A stretch of DNA of 64,000 nucleotides from the NCBI GenBank assembly GCA_018817905.1, contig JAHISS010000087.1, positions 985-64,984 of the forward strand, given 5' to 3'. Shown piece by piece: positions 22,896-31,498 of this stretch. Position numbers and translations under genes: made by a program. Source of the stretch: Nanobdellota archaeon (GTDB taxonomy: Archaea > Nanobdellota > Nanobdellia > Pacearchaeales > GW2011-AR1). Position 1 is the stretch's first letter, and every line of letters starts with the position of its first letter. Under the pieces are notes generated by a model. The model worked only from the letters and a program-made list of their open reading frames with translations, ran no database searches and was not told the origin of the DNA.

Positions 22896-23378
22896 TTAAT
22901 CCTTCAGAACAACAACATTAGTCATTCCTCTTCGCTTTCTTTCAATCAAATCTTTGTTCTCCAGCCTGTCTAAAATCCTGGAAACCTTTGCCTTGCCAAA
23001 ACCGCTCTTTTCGATAAGGCCTGCTTGGAAAATTGTTCCTTGCTCTTGGATGAGTTTGAAAACATCTCTGTCTTCTTTCCTTAAACCAGACAAATCAATC
23101 TTTGTTTTCTTTATTTTTTCCTTTACTTTTTTAACAACAATTCTTTCTTTTGGTTTGGTAAAAATTAAAACCAACCCTATGACAACTAAAACTGCGACGA
23201 TTGTTAAGGAAAGATAGGTTTGCTGCTCTACGGTTTGGTTCATCGGACAGACAGGTCCGTGAGTTGGTCCACAGTTTCCTACGATGATTTCTTTCATTGC
23301 GTTGTTGAAGAGAAAGATTATTATTACAATCGCTATAGAAATTCCTAGGATGAGATAGCCGACGTTTTTGTTTTCCAT
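22896..23378 (-). CDS. membrane-anchored winged-helix (MarR/ArsR-like) transcriptional regulator
   Basis: 160 aa with two TM segments and a CGPTHGPVCP motif between them. C-terminal wHTH FKLIQEQGTIFQAGLIEKSGFGKAKVSRILDRLENKDLIERKRRG. Divergent from the metal island. Confidence 0.7.
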   Translation of the reverse strand: MENKNVGYLILGISIAIVIIIFLFNNAMKEIIVGNCGPTHGPVCPMNQTVEQQTYLSLTIVAVLVVIGLVLIFTKPKERIVVKKVKEKIKKTKIDLSGLRKEDRDVFKLIQEQGTIFQAGLIEKSGFGKAKVSRILDRLENKDLIERKRRGMTNVVVLKD

Positions 23379-23475
23379 CTTTCTGTTTATGTTTTTAGGT
23401 ATAATAAGTTTACTATTTATCTTGTGAAACTAGTTTCACAAAAGCGGTTAAGTAGTGGGATATTTTAGAAAAGGC

Positions 23476-24423
23476 ATGGAAAAAAATGTTGTTGTTAAAA
23501 TCAAAGGAATGCATTGTCAGAATTGCGTTGAAAGAATTGAATCTGGTGTTGGTTCTCTCGAGGGTGTTGATAAAGTAAAAGTTGATTTGATAAATAATGA
23601 AGCAAAGATTAGTTTTGATGACGAGAAAGTTAATTTGGAACAGATTAATAATAAGATAAAGGAAGTTGGTTATAATTTAGGAGATGGAGAGAAAAAGAAG
23701 AAGACAATTATTCAGGGAATTGCTTACGGATTGATTCCGCACATTGGATGCATTGCGTTTATTATCGCGGCTGTTCTTGGTTCCACGATTTTGATGCAAT
23801 ATTTCAGACCGGTTCTTATGAATAGGTATGTGTTTCATTATTTGATTTTGATTTCTGTTGGGTTTGCCACTTTGTCTTCTGGAATTTATTTGAAGAAGAA
23901 CAAATTATTGTCTTGGGAAGGCATCAAGAGAAAGAAGGGATATTTGTCAATTATGTTTGGTTCTGTTGTCGGGATTAATTTGATTTTGTTTTTGGGCGTG
24001 TTTCCTGTGTTGGCAAATGTTGGGGTTGGAAGTATTAGTGGGGATGCTATTGATAGCGGAGAGTTTAGTGTCATGAGGATAAGTGTTGATATTCCTTGTC
24101 CGGGACATGCGCCTTTGATTACTTCGGAGTTGGCGACTGTTAATGGAGTTGAAGGAAGCGAATTTAGTTTTCCAAATGATTTTGATGTTTATTATGATCC
24201 AACGGTGACTTCTGAAGAAGAGATGCTGTCTTTGGAAGTTTTTGATGAATATCCTGCGACTGTTTTAACATTGGAATCTGGTTCAGGTTCGAGCGGCGGA
24301 GTGAATAAAGTTCAGCCTTTGGCAAGTCCTAGTGGTGGAAGTGCAGGAACTTGCGGAAGTCCAAGTTGTGGCAATCCTACTTGTACTGGTGGAGGAAGCT
24401 GTGGCGGAGGTTGTGGAGGTTAA
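23476..24423 (+). CDS. HMA-domain membrane protein with Cys/Gly-rich C-terminal tail
   Basis: Start set at the ATG (MEKNVVVKIKGMHCQNCVERIE, an MxCxxC heavy-metal-associated fold). Followed by 4-5 TM and a tail GTCGSPSCGNPTCTGGGSCGGGCGG. Confidence 0.75.
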   Translation: MEKNVVVKIKGMHCQNCVERIESGVGSLEGVDKVKVDLINNEAKISFDDEKVNLEQINNKIKEVGYNLGDGEKKKKTIIQGIAYGLIPHIGCIAFIIAAVLGSTILMQYFRPVLMNRYVFHYLILISVGFATLSSGIYLKKNKLLSWEGIKRKKGYLSIMFGSVVGINLILFLGVFPVLANVGVGSISGDAIDSGEFSVMRISVDIPCPGHAPLITSELATVNGVEGSEFSFPNDFDVYYDPTVTSEEEMLSLEVFDEYPATVLTLESGSGSSGGVNKVQPLASPSGGSAGTCGSPSCGNPTCTGGGSCGGGCGG

Positions 24424-24424
24424 T

Positions 24425-24511
24425 ATGGATGAAAATATTTTGTTCTTTATTATAATGGGGATTGTTGGAGTGGCAATTTTCTTTTATGGCGGTGGAGGAT
24501 GTGGAATATGA
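24425..24511 (+). CDS. micro-ORF: 28-aa single-TM peptide ending GGGGCGI
   Basis: Own translation MDENILFFIIMGIVGVAIFFYGGGGCGI. SD GGAGGT lies 5 nt upstream. Stop overlaps (ATGA) the next gene's start at 24508. Below the ORF-track size cut-off. Confidence 0.45.
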   Translation: MDENILFFIIMGIVGVAIFFYGGGGCGI

Positions 24512-24957
24512 AAATTAAAAAGAGCACCTTAATTTGGATTGCAATTATTATTATAGCAGGGATATTTTTCTTTAGGGGGAAAATTACAGGGAATGTTGTT
24601 GGTGGAAATTCAGGGACTATGGAGATTCCTCTTGCTGATATATCTGAAAATGCAGAATGGTATGAATATCAATCAAATGGGAAGACGATTAGGTTTTTTG
24701 TTGTTAAAGCTGGTGATGGAAGTGTGAAGACCGCGTTTGATGCGTGCGATGTTTGTTATGAAAGCAAGAAAGGTTATAGTCAACAGGGAGATGTAATGGT
24801 TTGTAATAATTGCGGCAATAAGTATCCAATTTCTGGGCTGGGAACTGAGAACGAGAAAGGCGGTGGTTGTTGGCCTGGTTATCTGCCGAGCAAGATTGTG
24901 GGGGACAAACTGATAATTAAGAATTCTGATATAGAAAAAGGAGCGTATCGGTTTTAG
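24508..24957 (+). CDS. membrane-anchored Cys-rich metal-binding protein (DUF2318-like)
   Basis: N-terminal TM. DACDVCYESKKGYSQQGDVMVCNNCGNKYPISGLG...GGGCWPGYLP is a CxxC..CxxC pattern seen in DUF2318-type metal-uptake partners. Start chosen at the coupled ATG at 24508. Confidence 0.6.
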   Translation: MKIKKSTLIWIAIIIIAGIFFFRGKITGNVVGGNSGTMEIPLADISENAEWYEYQSNGKTIRFFVVKAGDGSVKTAFDACDVCYESKKGYSQQGDVMVCNNCGNKYPISGLGTENEKGGGCWPGYLPSKIVGDKLIIKNSDIEKGAYRF

Positions 24958-24961
24958 TAAA

Positions 24962-25348
24962 ATGGCGAAAGAATTAAAATGTCCGGTGTGTTATGAAGTT
25001 GTGTATTCAGGAGTTGGAAAAGGGTGTAAAATGTGCGACATGGTTTTAGAAGATAAAAGCAGAGAGTTTTGTTCGAAGATGTGCCGGGTTAATTATTTTA
25101 AGATAAACAAAACAAAGGCTTCAATGATTTTATTGTTAGTTTTGATTGGTTTGACTGGTTTTGTTTCGGCCCATTCTGGGGACGATGGATATTCACATCA
25201 TGGAATGATGTCCTGCTTTTATGGGGGAGGATTTTCTGGAATGAATTTTTTTGGTTGGATGTTTATGGCTTTAGTTTTAGTTGCATTGGTTTTGGTGATA
25301 GTTTGGTTAGCTAAGCAGATACAAGGTCCTGGAGGTAAAAGAAGATGA
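24962..25348 (+). CDS. zinc-ribbon/TRASH-like metal-binding protein with TM segments and a His/Met-rich loop
   Basis: CPVC..CKMC..FCSKMCRVNYF (TRASH/YHS-like). Then TM, HSGDDGYSHHGMMSCFYGG, then TM. Confidence 0.6.
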   Translation: MAKELKCPVCYEVVYSGVGKGCKMCDMVLEDKSREFCSKMCRVNYFKINKTKASMILLLVLIGLTGFVSAHSGDDGYSHHGMMSCFYGGGFSGMNFFGWMFMALVLVALVLVIVWLAKQIQGPGGKRR

Positions 25349-25557
25349 AAAAAATTAAATTGACAATTGAAGGAATGCATTGCGCGGCTTGTGCTGGGAT
25401 TGCTGAGAAAGAACTGCGGAAGGTGCCGGGTGTGAAAGAAGTTAGTGTTAGTGTGACAACTAACAAAGGTTTTGTGTATGCAGAGGATTCTGTGAGCGAG
25501 GAGAGCTTGAAGAAAGCAGTTGCAGAAGCTGGATATAAAGTTGTCGGGGTGAAATAA
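25345..25557 (+). CDS. copZ: copper chaperone CopZ (HMA domain)
   Basis: 70 aa. KLTIEGMHCAACAGIAEKELRKVPGVKEVSV is the MxCxxC ferredoxin-like fold. Confidence 0.88.
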   Translation: MKKIKLTIEGMHCAACAGIAEKELRKVPGVKEVSVSVTTNKGFVYAEDSVSEESLKKAVAEAGYKVVGVK

Positions 25558-27492
25558 ATGGAAGAGTCGGTAGAGGCGAGGGAGATTAGGGGTTGGAAAC
25601 TTAAGCTTGTTTGGGCGTGGGTTTTGACTATTCCGATAATGTTGATAATGTATTCTGGAATGGTTTTTGGGATTGAGATTGTGCCAATGAAGTATATGCC
25701 TATTTCTCTGCTTATTTTAGGATTTCCAGTTATATTTATTATTGGATGGGGAACTATTAAAGCTGGGACTAGGGGATTTTTTAAGTTAAGATTTAGTATG
25801 GACTCTTTGATTTCAATGGGGACAATTGTTGCGTACGCGACAGGGTTTTTGGCGTTTTTTGAATTGACGCAAGATTATTCTGGTGTGAGTTCTATGATTA
25901 TGACTATTTTTATTACTGGGAAATTTATAGAATCAAAGGCAAGGGGGCAGGCAAGTAAAGAGATAAAGAAGTTACTGGAGTTGGGAGCTAAGAAAGCGGT
26001 GGTTTTGCGGGGAAAGAAAGAAGTTGAAGTTCCGATTGAAGAAGTTGGGGTTGGCGACATTTTTATTGTGAAACCAGGGGAGAAAATTCCTACGGACGGG
26101 GTTGTTACAAGGGGCGAGAGCACAGTTGATGAAAGCATGGTTACTGGAGAAAGCCTGCCTGTTGACAAGACTGTAAAAAGTCATGTGATTGGGGCGACGA
26201 TAAATCAGGACGGTGTCTTATATGTTAAAGCGAGCAAGGTCGGCGATGATACTTTTCTTGCCCATATTATTGAATTAGTTGAGGAGGCGCAGGGCACGAA
26301 AATTCCGATACAGAAATTTGCAGATAGTGTTACAAATGTTTTTGTTCCGATTATATTGACTGTTGCGGTCTTGACGTTTATTGGATGGATTGCTGCGACA
26401 GGAGATTGGAGCCGATCTATCGGGGTGGGCATATCTGTTTTAGTTATTGCGTGTCCGTGCGCTTTAGGTTTAGCGACGCCGATTGCGTTAATGGTTGGAA
26501 GTGGGATGGGTGCTAAGAAGGGGATATTGATTAGAAAAGGAGAAGCGATTCAGACAATGAAAGAAATCAAGATAATTGTTTTTGATAAGACCGGGACAAT
26601 AACGAAAGGAAAGCCAGAGGTGACTGATGTTTATTCAGTTCTGAAGAAAAATGAGGCGAGCGTGATTGAGAAAACTGCTGCGCTTGAGAAATTGAGCGAG
26701 CATCCTATTGGGAAGGCGATTGTTGAGTATGGGAATCTTTCTAAATTCAAAAACGTTACAAAATTTAAAATTCTTCGGGGGCGGGGTGTTGAAGGAGTTT
26801 TAGATAAAAAGAAGATGTTAATTGGCAATACTGCGTTGATGAAAGAGAGAAATGTGGACATTAGTAAGATTAAGGAAGTGTTAGAAGAATATGAAACTGG
26901 CGGGAAGACAACTATGATTGTTGCCGAGGGCGGGAAGGTTATCGGAGTTATTGCGGTTGCCGATACTGTGAAGGAAGAATCAAAGAAAGTAATTCATTAT
27001 TTGAGAAGGCAAGGATTTAGAACTGTGATGATTACTGGTGATAATGAAAGAACTGCGAAGGCGATTGCAAAGCAAGTTGGGATTGATGAGGTCATTGCAA
27101 ATGTTTTGCCAGAGGACAAATCCAACAAAGTTAAAGAGCTTCAGAAAAGGGGAATGGTTGCTTTTGTTGGGGACGGGATTAACGATGCTCCGGCGTTGAA
27201 GCAGGCGAATGTTGGTATTGCAATGGGGACTGGGACTGATATTGCAATTGAGGCCGGCGACATTGTTTTGGCGAGCGGCTCTTTACGAGGTGTGCCGCAG
27301 GCGATTGTGTTATCTAAAGCTACGTTTGGGAAAATAAAACAGAATTTGTTCTGGGCGTTTGCTTACAATGTTGTTGCTATTCCGTTGGCTATTGCTGGTT
27401 TTTTGCATCCAGTTATTGCAGAGATTGCAATGGCTTTGTCATCGATAACTGTTGTCACTAATGCGAACTTGCTACGACGAAAGCGAATCTAA
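25558..27492 (+). CDS. copA: P1B-type copper-translocating ATPase (no N-terminal HMA domain)
   Basis: 644 aa. CPC motif [37 protein letters not shown]. Confidence 0.93.
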   Translation: MEESVEAREIRGWKLKLVWAWVLTIPIMLIMYSGMVFGIEIVPMKYMPISLLILGFPVIFIIGWGTIKAGTRGFFKLRFSMDSLISMGTIVAYATGFLAFFELTQDYSGVSSMIMTIFITGKFIESKARGQASKEIKKLLELGAKKAVVLRGKKEVEVPIEEVGVGDIFIVKPGEKIPTDGVVTRGESTVDESMVTGESLPVDKTVKSHVIGATINQDGVLYVKASKVGDDTFLAHIIELVEEAQGTKIPIQKFADSVTNVFVPIILTVAVLTFIGWIAATGDWSRSIGVGISVLVIACPCALGLATPIALMVGSGMGAKKGILIRKGEAIQTMKEIKIIVFDKTGTITKGKPEVTDVYSVLKKNEASVIEKTAALEKLSEHPIGKAIVEYGNLSKFKNVTKFKILRGRGVEGVLDKKKMLIGNTALMKERNVDISKIKEVLEEYETGGKTTMIVAEGGKVIGVIAVADTVKEESKKVIHYLRRQGFRTVMITGDNERTAKAIAKQVGIDEVIANVLPEDKSNKVKELQKRGMVAFVGDGINDAPALKQANVGIAMGTGTDIAIEAGDIVLASGSLRGVPQAIVLSKATFGKIKQNLFWAFAYNVVAIPLAIAGFLHPVIAEIAMALSSITVVTNANLLRRKRI

Positions 27493-27555
27493 ATGTGAGG
27501 AGTAATGGGTGAGCTATTTGGGGACGAATGCTAATTTGTTGAGGCGGAAGAGGAT

Positions 27556-27972
27556 TTAATCTTCAAACCTAAATTCCTTAAATGTAACTTCATCAGATTT
27601 CAAATCGTCAATTAAATCCTTGATTTGTTTTTGATGTTTGCTTAGCTTTGAAGTTCCCTGCTTTACCTCGACAAAATGCACGCCTTTGACATCTCGTTCG
27701 TCCAGACCTTCGAATGCAACGTAATCAATTGGATCGCCGAGGAACTTGCATTCGCTTGGTTTGAATGGGAAACCTCCAAGGAACGGAGCGAAAGTTTCTG
27801 AGACTTTTCCTTTGATTCCTGCTCTTTGCTGGTCGGCGATTGATTTTCTTAGAGAGACAAGATTCTTTTGCCATTTTAGGTCTGCTCGAAGAACTGCGAG
27901 TTTGTAAGTCAGCCAGATAACTATGATGAATGCTGCTGCTGCGAGAAGGATTGTTATTGTTGAGATTTGCAT
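27556..27972 (-). CDS. membrane-anchored Holliday-junction-resolvase-related endonuclease (PF10107-like)
   Basis: 138 aa. N-terminal TM and coiled coil, then LGDPIDYVAFEGLDERDVKGVHFVEVKQGTSKLSKHQKQIKDLI, a restriction-endonuclease-like core. Confidence 0.6.
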   Translation of the reverse strand: MQISTITILLAAAAFIIVIWLTYKLAVLRADLKWQKNLVSLRKSIADQQRAGIKGKVSETFAPFLGGFPFKPSECKFLGDPIDYVAFEGLDERDVKGVHFVEVKQGTSKLSKHQKQIKDLIDDLKSDEVTFKEFRFED

Positions 27973-28146
27973 TATTTCACAAACTCCACATTTTCAATCT
28001 TAGGGAAAATAATCCTCATTGAATTTCCATATTTTTTTACAAATTCATATGCCATGTTGATATCTATTATCGAAAGTATTTGAATTTTGTCATTTTGAAA
28101 AGAGATTAATAGAAAAGATGACTTGGGAATTATTGCACAAAAAGCT

Positions 28147-28245
28147 TTAGATAATTAAAATGGCATTGAACAGTAAATAAATTATCAAGGCGATGTATCC
28201 AATTACTAACAATTTGTTTAAAGTGTTAATTTGTTTTGATGTCAT
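28147..28245 (-). CDS. micro-ORF, 32-aa single-TM peptide
   Basis: Own translation MTSKQINTLNKLLVIGYIALIIYLLFNAILII. ATGA overlap with the upstream micro-ORF. GGAG lies 8 nt upstream. Confidence 0.4.
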   Translation of the reverse strand: MTSKQINTLNKLLVIGYIALIIYLLFNAILII

Positions 28246-28412
28246 CTTTTCTCCAACAAATTATACAAATTTATCAAGGCTCCGACAAAAACTCCGAAAG
28301 AGGCAATAGCAAAATCTGTAATTGCTCCTTCTTGATTAATCAGTTGTGATGCAAAATAAACTAATATTGAAAAATTCAACATGCTTCCGAGCCAGCTCAA
28401 GAACTCTCCCAT
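28242..28412 (-). CDS. micro-ORF, 56-aa two-TM peptide
   Basis: Own translation MGEFLSWLGSMLNFSILVYFASQLINQEGAITDFAIASFGVFVGALINLYNLLEKR. Starts immediately after the upstream micro-ORF stop. GGAG lies 11 nt upstream. Confidence 0.45.
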   Translation of the reverse strand: MGEFLSWLGSMLNFSILVYFASQLINQEGAITDFAIASFGVFVGALINLYNLLEKR

Positions 28413-28505
28413 TTAGATAACTCCAAAAGCAGATAAAAGGAGAAGGATTATTGCGATTACCCCTGCGATTATAAGAATCTTTTCTAGAATACTTTTCTTA
28501 GCCAT
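28413..28505 (-). CDS. micro-ORF, 30-aa single-TM peptide
   Basis: Own translation MAKKSILEKILIIAGVIAIILLLLSAFGVI. First of three tandem, abutting hydrophobic micro-ORFs. Confidence 0.4.
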   Translation of the reverse strand: MAKKSILEKILIIAGVIAIILLLLSAFGVI

Positions 28506-28783
28506 ATTAATCTATGTCTTGCTTATATTTAGATTTTTGCATTGGGAAAATATAAATATTTATCTTTTGATTTATTTGATTATCGGGCTGTTTGGCAGGA
28601 ATTACCTTGGGTGGATGATTTTGCCTTCAATAATCTTTGAAGAAGTTTTTGAAAGATGTTGTTATGCTTTTTCTAACAATCGTGTTGGGAATTTTGCGTT
28701 TGTGATATTGTTTTGGTTTGTTGTAGGGGGTGGTTGGGAAGATTGTTGGGGTGGTGAAGAGGAAATAATTAGTTGGTTTTTTA

Positions 28784-29083
28784 TTATGAATTCACTTGTT
28801 GTTTTCTTTGTTTAATTTTTCCAATGACCAAACCGATTAAAGCCCCTATTAAAAAATATGTTATTGGAGCAGTTATAATCCCAAAATATATCGGTCCAAA
28901 ACCACGCCAGCCACCCCCACTAATAGCAACAAGTAATAATCCATTTGGGACATTGAGAACCATTAACGGTCCGACTGATGGCATAATGCTATAAGCCGCG
29001 CCTAAAAAATATCCTAAAATTCCAACTAGGGAGATGCCTAGTCCAATCAGTCCTCCCTTTAGCCAAGTCTTCATAAAGAACAA
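28784..29083 (-). CDS. small Gly-rich polytopic membrane protein (99 aa)
   Basis: Three hydrophobic segments (GLIGLGISLVGILGYFLGAAY, LLLVAISGGGW, ITYFLIGALIGLVIG). No family recognised. Confidence 0.5.
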   Translation of the reverse strand: MFFMKTWLKGGLIGLGISLVGILGYFLGAAYSIMPSVGPLMVLNVPNGLLLVAISGGGWRGFGPIYFGIITAPITYFLIGALIGLVIGKIKQRKQQVNS

Positions 29084-29202
29084 ACGAATAAAACTATTAT
29101 AAATCTTCCTAAATAACCATCTCCTTACTATCTCTCAAATTTCTTTTATAAAAAATTATCTTTTCTTGGGGGACAAATTATTTACTAATCGTCCTGCTTG
29201 AA

Positions 29203-30141
29203 TCAAAAAGGCAACGTCTTAACATTACCTTCGTTTTCCATTAGAAGTAATTCTGAGTCTTGAATGTCTTGTTGAAAAGTTGAGTTAATGTCTTTTATAG
29301 CGTCTCGGAGTTCTTTTTCTTCTTGATAGAAGAACTGGATAATGCAGTTGTATTTTGAGATTCCGAAGACAAGCGCGTTGATGTTTTTGTGCTGCTGGCA
29401 AAAACTCTTGATTTTGTTTTTTTCTAAGGGGTTTAGCTTTAGCTTGAGTGCTGCAAAGTTGAATCCGAGTTTTTCCATGTCGAATTGGATTCTGTTGCCT
29501 AAAATGATTTTCTTTTTGTAAAGTTGTTTTAATTTGTAAGCTATTAGTTCTCCTGAGAGATTTATTTTTTTTGAGAGATCGGTGATCTTTGCTCTGCCAT
29601 TTGTTTCTAGTGCTTTCATTAATGCAATATCTTTTTGCTGTAGCGTTACTTTTGCGACTGGTTGCATGAATGTGTACGTTTCCGCTTCTTTTTGCTCTCC
29701 AAAAGTCTTTAGAGGATATAATGAGGACGAGGTTGTCGTGAAAACTTCATAATGGGTAATTTCTTTATTCTCTTTTAGAAGATTGCTGAATTTCTCTTCA
29801 AATTCGTCCTTGTCCTTGAAAACAAAGTCTACAAATAAGTCATATTTCGAAAGCGTTTCTCCGACGGAGACTACATTGGGACTTTTCTCTAAACTGCTCT
29901 TTATCTGTTGTTTTTTGGAAGAGACTTTTAACCAGACGATTATGAACTCGTTATAACCGAGAAGAGCGTAATTGAAAATTGTGACATATTTCTTTATGAA
30001 CCCTTGCGACTCAAATTTTTTCAATCGGTATTCTGCCTGGTCGCGTGAAATTCTACAGGCTTTTGCTATCTGAGTTATTGGTTTTCTGTAGCTATGGTAA
30101 AGATATTTTATTAGTTTTTTGTCTATTGCGTCTAGTTTCAT
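29203..30141 (-). CDS. tandem Lrp/AsnC-type HTH transcriptional regulator
   Basis: 312 aa with two HTH_AsnC-like modules (LDAIDKKLIKYLYHSYRKPITQIAKACRISRDQAEYRLKKFESQGFIKKY and LQQKDIALMKALETNGRAKITDLSKKINLSGELIAYKLKQL). Each is followed by a RAM-like half. Confidence 0.75.
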   Translation of the reverse strand: MKLDAIDKKLIKYLYHSYRKPITQIAKACRISRDQAEYRLKKFESQGFIKKYVTIFNYALLGYNEFIIVWLKVSSKKQQIKSSLEKSPNVVSVGETLSKYDLFVDFVFKDKDEFEEKFSNLLKENKEITHYEVFTTTSSSLYPLKTFGEQKEAETYTFMQPVAKVTLQQKDIALMKALETNGRAKITDLSKKINLSGELIAYKLKQLYKKKIILGNRIQFDMEKLGFNFAALKLKLNPLEKNKIKSFCQQHKNINALVFGISKYNCIIQFFYQEEKELRDAIKDINSTFQQDIQDSELLLMENEGNVKTLPF

Positions 30142-30240
30142 TTTGGCATTGCTAAATACGGAAAGAATTGCTTAAATATCTTTTGTTTTTTAGGAAAATC
30201 TGGGGGATGTTTTTATGTATTTCTGGAGCTAGTAAAGAAC

Positions 30241-30456
30241 ATGGCAGTAGGATTGTCGGGATCGAACGGTGGAATCGGAAGAGTTTACAGAGCAGTGCTA
30301 GTGGCAGATGTCGAAGCGGGAATTACAAAGTACGAAACGCTTAGAAGTCAGATTCCTGAGGAAAATAGAGAAGTTAGAACAATGTATTCTGGGTTTATAG
30401 AGTCTTTGAGGGAGTTGCAGGCGAGCATGACTAAAGATAACCCAAGGGGTGACTAA
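30241..30456 (+). CDS. small protein (71 aa) coupled to the radical SAM gene
   Basis: MAVGLSGSNGGIGRVYRAV... shares a GxSGSxGGxG[RK] N-terminal motif with the downstream enzyme. 8-nt overlap with its GTG start. Confidence 0.55.
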   Translation: MAVGLSGSNGGIGRVYRAVLVADVEAGITKYETLRSQIPEENREVRTMYSGFIESLRELQASMTKDNPRGD

Positions 30457-31498
30457 AGTGGTCTTGGGATTTTCTGGTTCTAGTGGGGGCGTTGGTAAAG
30501 AAACTTTTGGGAAAGTTGGTTTAGTTAATCGGCCTTTAGAAGTTTCTTATTTTGTTAATAATCGATGCAATCTAAGTTGCAGACATTGTTATGTTGGATA
30601 TGAGCAGACTGATGGGGAATTGTCTGTTGGTGAATGGAGTGAAACGTTTGATAGGCTTATTGAGATGGGTGCTTTGACTTTTGGGAATGTTGGCAAGGAA
30701 CCTTTGCTTTCTTCGGATAAGACTATTGCTATTATGCAACACTTGGCTAAGAGGCGGGAGGAAATCCCTGCCTTGAGGTTTGGATTTGTCACGAATGGAA
30801 CTCTCCTTGACTGTAGAATGGTTGAAGATTTAGAAAGAATTTCTCCCGATTACATTGATGTAAGTTTAGATGGCGGCAGAAAAGTTCATGATTTTATTCG
30901 TGGAGATTATAATTATATTAGAACAGTTAGGAAACTTAGAGGTCTTCCTTCTGGTTTAACTGAGAAAGTTTTCTTAAGTTTTACTTTGATGAAGCCGAAT
31001 GTGGGAGAGTTTAGAGGGGTTGTTGGAGATATGAGTGCGTTGGGTTTAACAAAATTTCTTGTTTCTCCGTATGTTGCGACTCCTGGATCAAATGGAGAAT
31101 TGTTTATTAGTGATGAGGAAGTTGTCGATTTTTACGAACGAGTTGCTGATGGCTCTGAAATAAAGTTTGCAGACTTGCCCCAGATAGAAATAATCCTGAA
31201 ATCGGATTACGATTCTCAAAAAGCATTAATGGATAGATTAGTTGAACGGGGCGTAATTGATTTAGGAAATCTGTCAATAGATGAGTACGGAGTGATATTC
31301 AATAGGCACGTGCAAGGTGGTGGTTCAGAGGTTGTTGTTAATTACATGCCTTTTTCAGACACTCTCTCTAGGGCTGTTAGAATAAGCCATGATGGTTATG
31401 TTGGCGGTTGTTTAGAAATGTTTCACAAGGACTATCCTGAAAGAGCAAGGGCAAACTTGCGAGATAAGAAAATTGAAGAAATCCTCGGTAGAAATTAA
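30449..31498 (+). CDS. radical SAM enzyme (no SPASM/twitch Cys cluster visible)
   Basis: 349 aa. CNLSCRHCY (CX3CX2C), GKEPLL, VTNGTLL, VSLDGGRKVHDFIRG. The C-terminal half has a single Cys. GTG start. Confidence 0.85.
   Translation: MTKVVLGFSGSSGGVGKETFGKVGLVNRPLEVSYFVNNRCNLSCRHCYVGYEQTDGELSVGEWSETFDRLIEMGALTFGNVGKEPLLSSDKTIAIMQHLAKRREEIPALRFGFVTNGTLLDCRMVEDLERISPDYIDVSLDGGRKVHDFIRGDYNYIRTVRKLRGLPSGLTEKVFLSFTLMKPNVGEFRGVVGDMSALGLTKFLVSPYVATPGSNGELFISDEEVVDFYERVADGSEIKFADLPQIEIILKSDYDSQKALMDRLVERGVIDLGNLSIDEYGVIFNRHVQGGGSEVVVNYMPFSDTLSRAVRISHDGYVGGCLEMFHKDYPERARANLRDKKIEEILGRN

Noticed and set aside
28519-28815. 98-aa TTG-initiated plus-strand ORF (Trp/Phe-rich)
   Set aside because: It has a non-ATG start without an SD. 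It lies between minus-strand genes and overlaps the better-supported 28784-29083 membrane-protein gene. The coding status is unresolved, so I have not reported it as a feature.
30449-30520. P-loop NTPase motif at the radical SAM N-terminus (GFSGSSGGVGKE)
   Set aside because: It resembles the ParA/MinD deviant Walker A but lacks the signature Lys and the Ser/Thr after GK. It does not fit GxxxxGK[ST]. I treat it as a shared motif of unknown meaning rather than an ATPase call.
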